A stretch of DNA of 24,000 nucleotides. Source: Leptolyngbyaceae cyanobacterium RM1_406_9. Lineage in GTDB: Bacteria > Cyanobacteriota > Cyanobacteriia > Elainellales > Elainellaceae. Both the position numbers and the translations under genes were made by a program. The notes beneath the pieces were generated by a model. It saw only the letters and a list, made by a program, of their open reading frames with translations, was not told the DNA's origin and searched no databases. This document shows, piece after piece, positions 7,401 through 14,036 of the stretch. Where the stretch lies: positions 25,604 to 49,603 of the forward strand of contig JAAUQZ010000002.1 of NCBI GenBank assembly GCA_012033355.1, in the 5' to 3' direction. Position 1 is the stretch's first letter; every line of letters begins with the position of its first letter.

Positions 7401-8177
7401 ATGCACCTTGAAGTCTCTCAACTCCATAAACAGTTTCAGACTCGAAATGGTCCGATTGTTGCACTTAAGGATATTAATCTGCACATTGAGGAGGGTGAGT
7501 TTGTTTGTGCGGTGGGTGCGTCGGGGTCTGGTAAGTCCACCCTGTTGCGGCTGATTGCTGGACTGGAAACGCCAACGGCAGGTGAGGTGCGGGTAGACGG
7601 AGTGCGCGTCACGGGGCCAGGGGCAGACCGGGGTATGGTGTTTCAGCACTACACGCTGTATCCCTGGATGACGGTTGCCAAGAATGTTGGGTTTGGGCTG
7701 AAGTTGCAGGGCATGGCTGAGAAGGAACGCCGACAGCGGGTGTCTTACTATCTGGACGTGGTGGGGCTGGCGCAGTTTGCCAAAGCCTTACCCAAAGAGC
7801 TATCGGGCGGCATGAAGCAGCGGGTGGCGATCGCCCGTGCCCTTGCCTCTCAGCCCAAAATCTTGCTGATGGACGAACCCTTTGGAGCGCTGGATGTGCA
7901 AACCAAAGAAACGATGCAGCAATTTTTGCTGCAAGTGTGGGAACGGACGCGCACCAGCATTTTCATGATTACTCACGACGTGGAGGAAGCTGTTTTTTTG
8001 TCACAGCGAATTTATGTCTTGACTTCACGCCCTGGCACCATTTTGCGTGAGGTCGTGCTGGAATTGCCAAGCCAGCGAGACTACCACATCAAGCGTCAGC
8101 CCAAGTTTCAAGACTACAAGGAGGAAATCATGGGGTTGCTGCGCGGCGAGTCGGTCGAAGCAATGGCAGCAGGGTAG
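7401..8177 (+). CDS. ABC transporter ATP-binding protein (NitT/TauT family)
   Basis: In the ORF-track frame 7359..8177 the start is probably ATG 7401 (MHLEVSQLHKQF...). It has Walker A GASGSGKST, the signature LSGGMKQR, Walker B ILLMDEPFGALD and the H-loop ITHD. Confidence 0.9.
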   Translation: MHLEVSQLHKQFQTRNGPIVALKDINLHIEEGEFVCAVGASGSGKSTLLRLIAGLETPTAGEVRVDGVRVTGPGADRGMVFQHYTLYPWMTVAKNVGFGLKLQGMAEKERRQRVSYYLDVVGLAQFAKALPKELSGGMKQRVAIARALASQPKILLMDEPFGALDVQTKETMQQFLLQVWERTRTSIFMITHDVEEAVFLSQRIYVLTSRPGTILREVVLELPSQRDYHIKRQPKFQDYKEEIMGLLRGESVEAMAAG

Positions 8178-8188
8178 TTCAGTCGGTT

Positions 8189-8461
8189 TTAAGTGGCGCA
8201 AAACTGGTTTTCGTGCAGCAAAATTTCGCCGTGATCGGGAACCCAGGCTAACCAGCGATCGCCCGAATGTTGACACAGCAAAAGTGCCTCATCAAAGCTA
8301 AAGGGATTGGGAAGCTCTAACAGATGCACCCAGGTAGACGCTTGAAACTCAGGTCGAGGAACTTCTGGGTGCCGAACGGTCTGCCCATCGCAGGCGATTT
8401 TAGGTAGATCGCACCAGCGAGATTGGGTATCGTATTCTACTGGGCAAAAGTCTAGCTGCAT
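8189..8461 (-). CDS. hypothetical protein (90 aa, Cys-containing)
   Basis: It is an ATG-initiated ORF convergent with the ABC ATPase gene. It does not overlap repeats and its codon usage looks similar to its neighbours. I recognise no domain. A perfect palindrome AACCTTGGGttCCCAAGGTT (8489-8508) lies just upstream. Confidence 0.5.
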   Translation of the reverse strand: MQLDFCPVEYDTQSRWCDLPKIACDGQTVRHPEVPRPEFQASTWVHLLELPNPFSFDEALLLCQHSGDRWLAWVPDHGEILLHENQFCAT

Positions 8462-8595
8462 ATCCTGTCTCTCAATTTAAGGAGTAAGCAACCTTGGGTT
8501 CCCAAGGTTATCCTGCCTGTTAGCGATTCTCAATGTTGCAGGACTTAGGCATTTGAAACCTAAAACCTTGATCCTCCCCAGCCCCCTTGAAAAAG

Positions 8596-8795
8596 GCTAC
8601 CGTGTACACACATCTCCTGTATCAAGCTCAACATCCTGCATTGTGCCCCCCAACCCCCCAAGTTTGGGGGACTTCCGAGCCTCGAACCGTTTCCGTAGAG
8701 CGCTCTAAACGGCTCAAAGTCCCCCAGAATTGGGGGATTTAGGGGGCGAAAAGGACTCAAACGAAGTTAGACCCGATTTGTGTGTACACGGTAGT
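8596..8795. mobile_element. non-autonomous MITE-like element with perfect 16-bp terminal inverted repeats and a 9-bp target-site duplication
   Basis: The left TIR is CTACCGTGTACACACA (8597-8612) and the right TIR is TGTGTGTACACGGTAG (8779-8794), an exact reverse complement. TTGAAAAAG directly flanks both ends (8587-8595 and 8796-8804). The interior has no credible ORF, only G/C-run hairpins such as CCCCAAGTTTGGGG and CCCCCAGAATTGGGGG. Confidence 0.7.
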
Positions 8796-9050
8796 TTGAA
8801 AAAGAGGGGAACTCCGGAAGCCCCCTTAAAAGGGTTGGGGGATCTGGCTGCGTAAGTCTTACGTTTCTTGAGAGCTAAGGCGCGGCAAGATCGTTATAAA
8901 CAGAAAATATTCTGTATTAGTTACTACAAAAATATAGAAAATTGGCTGCTGATATCAAGCAGTTGTCGCACATCTTTACGCGGAGGGCGATCGCCGCACC
9001 AAAATTGCAGTTACAATCTGTAACGAACAATGCAATAGCAGGAAAAAACC

Positions 9051-9488
9051 ATGCCTTTATCAGTTGGCACAACGGCTCCCGCCTTTACCGTCAAAGACAC
9101 CAACGGCAATACGGTTTCACTCTCCGACTACGCTGGCAAAACCGTCGTTCTGTATTTCTATCCCAAAGACGACACACCGGGCTGCACCAAAGAGGCTTGC
9201 GGCTTTCGAGATTATTACGCCGATTACCAGGGCAAAGACATTACCGTATTTGGGGTGAGCATGGATGATGAAGCGTCTCACCAAAAGTTCACCGAAAAAT
9301 ATAGCCTTCCCTTCCCGCTCCTGGCTGATGTGGACGGCGCAATGACCAAAGCCTATGACGTAGATGGCGGCGGCTATTCTAAGCGCGTTACCTATGTTGT
9401 TGATGGCGAGGGCAAAATCGCTAAAGTTTACGGCACCGTCAAGACCGATACCCATGCCAGTGACATTTTGGCTGAGCTAGCTGTCTAG
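9051..9488 (+). CDS. bcp: peroxiredoxin, BCP/PrxQ type
   Basis: The 145-aa ORF reads MPLSVGTTAPAFTVKDTNGNTVSLSDYAGKTVVLYFYPKDDTPGCTKEACGFRD. This is the canonical PrxQ/BCP active site, with the peroxidatic Cys in PGCT and the resolving Cys five residues later. Confidence 0.93.
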   Translation: MPLSVGTTAPAFTVKDTNGNTVSLSDYAGKTVVLYFYPKDDTPGCTKEACGFRDYYADYQGKDITVFGVSMDDEASHQKFTEKYSLPFPLLADVDGAMTKAYDVDGGGYSKRVTYVVDGEGKIAKVYGTVKTDTHASDILAELAV

Positions 9489-9512
9489 CGTTGATATCGC
9501 TAGTCCCTGCTT

Positions 9513-9672
9513 AAACTTGTTGCCAAGCTGGGGCTTGGCAACAAGTTTGGTTTGGGAAGCTCCAGCTTCCTCTGGGTGACGGCAACAGGCAAGTCCTAGT
9601 CAATCTGGAGGTTCTTGCTGTCAATGGAAGCAGGAGCTTCCAAAATGCCGTTCCCAAGCTCCAGCTTGGAAA
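9513..9672. repeat. composite palindromic (REP/MITE-like) element, copy 2
   Basis: It has the same A-B-spacer-B'-A' layout as 3751-3904. The units are AAACTTGTTGCCAAGCtgggGCTTGGCAACAAGTTT (9513-9548, perfect 16-bp stem), GGAAGCTccAGCTTCC (9555-9570), GGAAGCaggAGCTTCC (9627-9641) and TTCCCAAGCTccAGCTTGGAAA (9651-9672). The first hairpin starts 25 nt after the prxQ stop. Confidence 0.8.
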
Positions 9673-9697
9673 CGAGCAACAAGCAAGTCCCAGAAGC

Positions 9698-9779
9698 GTA
9701 GGATGGGCAAAGCAGAGTGTGCCCATCAAAGTGCAATTCTTTATCGATGGGCACGGGCAACGCCCTTTGCCCATCCTAC
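9698..9779. repeat. nested palindromic element bounded by GTAGG..CCTAC
   Basis: The outer arms are GTAGGATGGGCAAAG (9698-9712) and CTTTGCCCATCCTAC (9765-9779), a perfect 15 bp. The inner arms are GTGCCCATC (9719-9727) and GATGGGCAC (9746-9754). Confidence 0.8.
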
Positions 9780-9844
9780 AGTTGACTCACTAACTGAAAC
9801 CCAGCAAACTCGTGAATCGCCAAAGTTGAGTTGAAGTGCTGGGC

Positions 9845-10186
9845 TTACTCACAGGGACGAGCGGGTAAAATTTGGCTGAATCGGCGGTATTCTGCCAAAT
9901 ATTGCTCTAGTACCACAAACTGAGTCAAATTGAGACTGTAGTAAATCCATCGTCCTTCCTGGCGAGTTCGCACGAGGGCAGCTTCTTTAAGCGTCTTTAA
10001 GTGAAAAGACAGCTTGGATTGGCTAACCCCGATAAAGTCACACAGTTCGCAAACGCAAAGTTCTTGTTCTCGTAATAAATCCAACACTTTTATCCGTAAA
10101 GGATCGGAGAGGGCGTGAAAGCCAACCGTAATCAGGTTTGTGGTCAGTGAGATAGATGAAGCAGGTGTTGTAGAAGTGGTTTGCAT
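9845..10186 (-). CDS. ArsR/SmtB-family metalloregulatory transcription repressor
   Basis: The 113-aa ORF has the winged-HTH core LSDPLRIKVLDLLREQELCVCELCDFIGVSQSKLSFHLKTLKEAALV. It includes the ELCVCEL motif typical of ArsR-type alpha-3 thiolate sensor sites. Confidence 0.88.
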   Translation of the reverse strand: MQTTSTTPASSISLTTNLITVGFHALSDPLRIKVLDLLREQELCVCELCDFIGVSQSKLSFHLKTLKEAALVRTRQEGRWIYYSLNLTQFVVLEQYLAEYRRFSQILPARPCE

Positions 10187-10230
10187 CGAGCTAATCGCAA
10201 AGCTGGGTTGGATTTAGACTAGGCTGGAGT

Positions 10231-11145
10231 TTAGGCAGTGGGAGAGAGCTTTCCCTTTGAGTTTAGCGGTCTACTTACTGCATTAGGGGAGTCGGACTCG
10301 TTGAAGGCGATCGCCTTCTCTGCAAGCGTAATCACGGTCACTTCTGGGCGACAAAACAGCCGACCTGGCAAGTAGGTGCCCAAGCCCCGATTGACATACA
10401 GATAGTTAGAGCCAACCTGGTGAAAGCCCTGGGCCCATTCCCAGTGACGCACCACTTTATAGCAGTCTTCTCGCATATAGGGAATCCAGCGGCGCAGCGG
10501 TTTAGGAACGTGCCGTCGCACAGCTTGATACCAGGTGGGAATTGGCCCTAGTCCAGGAATAACGACCTGCCCGCCGTGCGTGTGCCCCGAAAGCTGGAGG
10601 TCTACTCGCCAGGGCTGGAGATAAACGGTGCTATCGGGATTGTGAGACAAAACGATGCGAGGGGTTGCTGGGTCTAACCGATTCATTACCGGAGCGGGGT
10701 CAAAATCTTTAGACCAAAAGTCAGCCAGCCCCACCAGCGGTAGCTCTGTTCCAAAAGGATAGCCAATCTGATTCCACAAAACTTGGATTCCGGCTTCGAC
10801 AAACGCATTCGTAATTTCGGTTTGCGAACCCGCAGGCACAATATCATGATTGCCCAACACCGCATAGGTGCCAGCGCTGCTGCGAAGTTGCTGTAACTGC
10901 GCGGCAAGGGCACGAGCTGGGGTTGGGTCGTCGGTCACGTAGTCGCCAGTCAGCACTACCAGATCGGGTTGGACTGCATTCGTGGCAGCGATCGCCTCTG
11001 CCAACAGTCGCTCTGAAAGCCGCAAGCCATCGTAGTGTAAGTCTGACAGTTGAACGAGCTTGCAGCCCCGTAAGGGTTTTGGCAGTCCGGTGATTTCAAC
11101 GGTTAGGTGGTCAACGCTCAGCGATCCTGATAGTAACCTGTGCAT
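10231..11145 (-). CDS. metallophosphoesterase (calcineurin-like, YkuE/YaeI type)
   Basis: The 304-aa ORF has the motifs SDLHYD, VLTGDYV, LGNHD, SHNPD and SGHTHGGQ in canonical order. The arsR-like gene starts 44 nt downstream on the same strand. Confidence 0.88.
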   Translation of the reverse strand: MHRLLSGSLSVDHLTVEITGLPKPLRGCKLVQLSDLHYDGLRLSERLLAEAIAATNAVQPDLVVLTGDYVTDDPTPARALAAQLQQLRSSAGTYAVLGNHDIVPAGSQTEITNAFVEAGIQVLWNQIGYPFGTELPLVGLADFWSKDFDPAPVMNRLDPATPRIVLSHNPDSTVYLQPWRVDLQLSGHTHGGQVVIPGLGPIPTWYQAVRRHVPKPLRRWIPYMREDCYKVVRHWEWAQGFHQVGSNYLYVNRGLGTYLPGRLFCRPEVTVITLAEKAIAFNESDSPNAVSRPLNSKGKLSPTA

Positions 11146-11335
11146 AACTTAGAGGGGTTTTCTCTGGATTAGCCACCCCAGCTTATCAAAATAAACTGGG
11201 AGTACCGGGAGAAAGGTATTGGTGGAGACATAGAGGAAGGGGCTGGGAGCTAGGAGCTGGGGGCTAAGGGCTAAGGGAGCCTAACCCTCAGTTGTGTTTA
11301 CCTTTGCAGTGAAAAAAGGCTTTTTTTCTGCCTTT

Positions 11336-12019
11336 TCAAGATCCGGTTTCGCGCAGCACGTAGCCTACACCTCGCACAGTTTGAATTAGGCGTTTTTCAC
11401 CATCGGCTTCTAGTTTGAGACGCAGATAGCGAATATAAACTTCAATTATGTTGGAGTCGCCCATGAAGTCGTAACCCCAAACTTTTTCCAGGATGCGATC
11501 GCGGGTAATCACCTGGCGCGGATGGGCCAGCAGATATTCCAATAGGTCAAACTCTTTGGCGGTTAGCTCGATGGGGCGATCGCCCCGAAACACTTCGCGG
11601 GTCTGTCGATTTAGCAACAGATCTGTAAAGCTCAGCACATCCTCTCCAGTACTTTGAGCGCGACGCAAAAATGCTCTCACTCTAGCCAACAGTTCCTCAA
11701 TGCTAAAGGGTTTGACCACATAATCATCGGCTCCTGCATCTAAGCCTGCAACGCGATCGCCAATTTCATCTTTAGCAGTCAGCATAATCACGGGTGCTTT
11801 GCCGCCCGTCGCCCGAATTCGCCGACAGATTTCTACCCCGCTCAACCCAGGTAACATCCAGTCGAGGATGATCAGATCGGGCACAATGTCTCGCGCTTTG
11901 GTCAATCCAGTTAAGCCATCATGAGCAACCGTGATGCGATAGCCTTCATAGCCCAGTTCTAGCTCAATGAACCGCGCTAAGTTAATTTCATCTTCAACCA
12001 CTAGGATATGAGCCGTCAT
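11336..12019 (-). CDS. OmpR/PhoB-family response regulator
   Basis: The 227-aa ORF has a receiver domain (ILVVEDE, phospho-acceptor context [10 protein letters not shown], conserved KPF). It also has a C-terminal winged-helix trans_reg_C domain ([12 protein letters not shown]...VRGVGY). Confidence 0.92.
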   Translation of the reverse strand: MTAHILVVEDEINLARFIELELGYEGYRITVAHDGLTGLTKARDIVPDLIILDWMLPGLSGVEICRRIRATGGKAPVIMLTAKDEIGDRVAGLDAGADDYVVKPFSIEELLARVRAFLRRAQSTGEDVLSFTDLLLNRQTREVFRGDRPIELTAKEFDLLEYLLAHPRQVITRDRILEKVWGYDFMGDSNIIEVYIRYLRLKLEADGEKRLIQTVRGVGYVLRETGS

Positions 12020-12020
12020 A

Positions 12021-12064
12021 GTTCTACGGAGTTCTGTGGAGTTTTATGGAGTTCTATGGAGTGA
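12021..12064. repeat. tandem 10-bp repeat, about 4.3 copies, abutting the response-regulator start codon
   Basis: The + strand reads GTTCTACGGA GTTCTGTGGA GTTTTATGGA GTTCTATGGA GTG. In gene sense this is (TCCATAGAAC)n, ending 1 nt before the ATG at 12019. A TATAAT hexamer in gene sense lies at 12075-12070. Confidence 0.85.
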
Positions 12065-12167
12065 AAGGCATTATAAAGTTAAAAAATTGGCATTAGGTTG
12101 AAGTTAGAGCGTGATTTAAGTGAGTTGAAAGGGTTACTTTTGTGCGCGAGGCACATCTGGACAACCC

Positions 12168-13625
12168 TCAGGTAGTCGATAAGGGCAATGTAACAACAAA
12201 AATGCTGCCCTCGTTTAACTTTGAGCGCAGGCTGACGCTGCCACCCATGCCCTCAACGAGAGTTTTGACGATCGATAGCCCCAATCCACAGCCCCCTGTC
12301 GTGCGGGCACGGGCTTCGTCTACTCGGTAGAAGCGATCGAAGATTCGAGCCTGATGCTGGAGGGGAATGCCGTAGCCGCGATCGCATACCTGAATCACTG
12401 CCTGACCGCCCAACTGATCAAGTTTAAGCACAACGGGCTGGTCTGGCTCTGAATATTTCAGCGCATTGTCGAGCAGGTTGAGCAACACTTGCTTTAGTCG
12501 ATTGCGATCGGCTTTTACTAAAACTTCTTCATGAGGGGTTTCAATTTGAATGTCGCGATCGTTAAACCCGGCTGCCATGCCCAGCAGTTCTGTAACCACC
12601 TCAGTTAGCGAAAAAGGTTCGAGGTTAAAGTGCATATGTCCTGTGTCGGCCCGCGCCAGGTCAAGCAAATCTTGCAGCAGGCGAATGGTGCGATCAGTTT
12701 CTGAGGCGGCGATGCTCAGGGCTTCTTGCTGCGGCTCACTCAAGTTAGTGCTGCGGCGCAGGGTGCTTTGAATGTAGCCATAGACGACCGTAAGCGGAGT
12801 CCGGAGTTCGTGGGAAACGTCGCTGACAAATCGTCGCTGTTGCTCTAGCGATTCCGATAACTTTGTCAGCATTTGTTTGCAGGTTTGCACCAGTTCTCTT
12901 ACTTCAGTCGGAGCGTGCTGAAGCTGGGTTTGTGCTTTGTCCAGGTCTTCGGCAGATATTGTGGAGGTAAGCTGGCTCACTTGCCGCAGCGGTTGCAGCG
13001 ATCGCTTCACATACAGCGCGATGATAATAGCGATCGCCACCATCGCCAGCACGCTGCCGATCGCCAAATTACGAATCACCGCCCAAAACATTGCGTAAGC
13101 GGTGGTAACGTCTTGCGCGACGTGCAGGTTACCTAAATTATTGCCGTCTATCACCAGTGGCGTTTTACAAAGAATAATGTAGCGATTGTGGGTCTGATAG
13201 ATTTCGGGCTTGGGAACGGCAGAAAGAGCCGTAATCGCAGCCGAAAGCTCTTCGCGCTGCCATACATCCCTGGATTGCGTGATCACCTGCCCTGCGTTGT
13301 CCGTTACCACAATCATTAGATTGGGCAAGGTGCGAGTGTCTACCGCTCGCCGTAGTGCTTCTGGCATAGGCAGCATATCGCCATAGAGTTCAACATCCTG
13401 GGGGAAGCGATCGCTAACCGCCTGAATACTTTGCTCATAGCTGCCCACCAAAATCTGCTGCGTCTTCCAGGTTGTCCACATTCCTACGCCGCCGATGCCC
13501 AAAATTGAGACAACCGTAGCGCCAACCGTCAGGCGAAACTGAAGCGAAAATGGGTCAATCTCTCGCCAACCCTGTTTGAAGTGAATCAGATTTAACAAAC
13601 GCTGCCTAACTGTTTTGATGTCCAT
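12168..13625 (-). CDS. sensor histidine kinase (two TM segments, periplasmic sensor, HAMP, HisKA, HATPase_c)
   Basis: The 485-aa ORF has TM1 VGATVVSILGIGGVGMWTTW and TM2 LAIGSVLAMVAIAIIIALYV. It has the H-box SHELRTPLT, the N-box LLDNALKYS, and the G-boxes DRGYGIP and GGCGLGLSIV. It lies upstream of the response regulator on the same strand. Confidence 0.92.
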   Translation of the reverse strand: MDIKTVRQRLLNLIHFKQGWREIDPFSLQFRLTVGATVVSILGIGGVGMWTTWKTQQILVGSYEQSIQAVSDRFPQDVELYGDMLPMPEALRRAVDTRTLPNLMIVVTDNAGQVITQSRDVWQREELSAAITALSAVPKPEIYQTHNRYIILCKTPLVIDGNNLGNLHVAQDVTTAYAMFWAVIRNLAIGSVLAMVAIAIIIALYVKRSLQPLRQVSQLTSTISAEDLDKAQTQLQHAPTEVRELVQTCKQMLTKLSESLEQQRRFVSDVSHELRTPLTVVYGYIQSTLRRSTNLSEPQQEALSIAASETDRTIRLLQDLLDLARADTGHMHFNLEPFSLTEVVTELLGMAAGFNDRDIQIETPHEEVLVKADRNRLKQVLLNLLDNALKYSEPDQPVVLKLDQLGGQAVIQVCDRGYGIPLQHQARIFDRFYRVDEARARTTGGCGLGLSIVKTLVEGMGGSVSLRSKLNEGSIFVVTLPLSTT

Positions 13626-14036
13626 GTTTGCCCAAAGGCTAGCGAGTTCAGTCAGTAGAGGGTTGCAACTTAAGTCCGAACCAATTGCCCGTTACGCCAA
13701 TGTAGTTTGAGCCGCATTGGTTCTAACCCAACATTGCTCAAATATTGCTCAAACGAGTACGCTCAGACTTTTCAGAACTTACGCATTTCCCTTTGGAACA
13801 AGGGGCTTAAGCCTCCTGCTAGGGTGGCGATCGCCTGACTTCACGTTCTACTTGCGTAAGTTCCGCTTTTGTATAAATGCTGACATCCTGCCCCGTTTAC
13901 ACAAAAGCCAAATCAGTCTATTCAAACCTATACTTCATTCACTGTATTGAAAATCGTTCTGACCTGGATGAGTTTTTCCTGAGTCACTCTTTAAATTTCT
14001 TGTTGTAGTTTACGCAGTTAGTGAAAAGCTAAATTT

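Noticed and set aside
8540-8860. ORF 8560..8760 (-), and the idea that the G/C-run repeats here form a CRISPR array
   Set aside because: The ORF lies inside the MITE and translates poly-G/P repeat DNA. The repeats are heterogeneous palindromes without constant-length spacers or a leader, and no cas genes are nearby.
8942-9455. ORFs 8942..9268, 9064..9258 (+) and 9117..9455 (-)
   Set aside because: They are overlapping-frame or antisense shadows of the unambiguous prxQ/bcp gene.
9511-9774. 87-aa ORF on the minus strand
   Set aside because: It is translated wholly from the stacked palindromic repeats (Cys/Pro/Ser-rich nonsense). This is a typical repeat-derived spurious ORF.
13626-14036. ORF 13717..13950 (+) and a possible ncRNA or permease remnant in the 411-bp gap
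   Set aside because: The ORF has a TTG-type start, no motifs and poor composition. I saw only a short inverted repeat, GAACTTACGCA (13778-13788) / TGCGTAAGTTC (13853-13863). There is no tRNA-like or other recognisable RNA structure and no ABC-2 permease-like hydrophobic frame.
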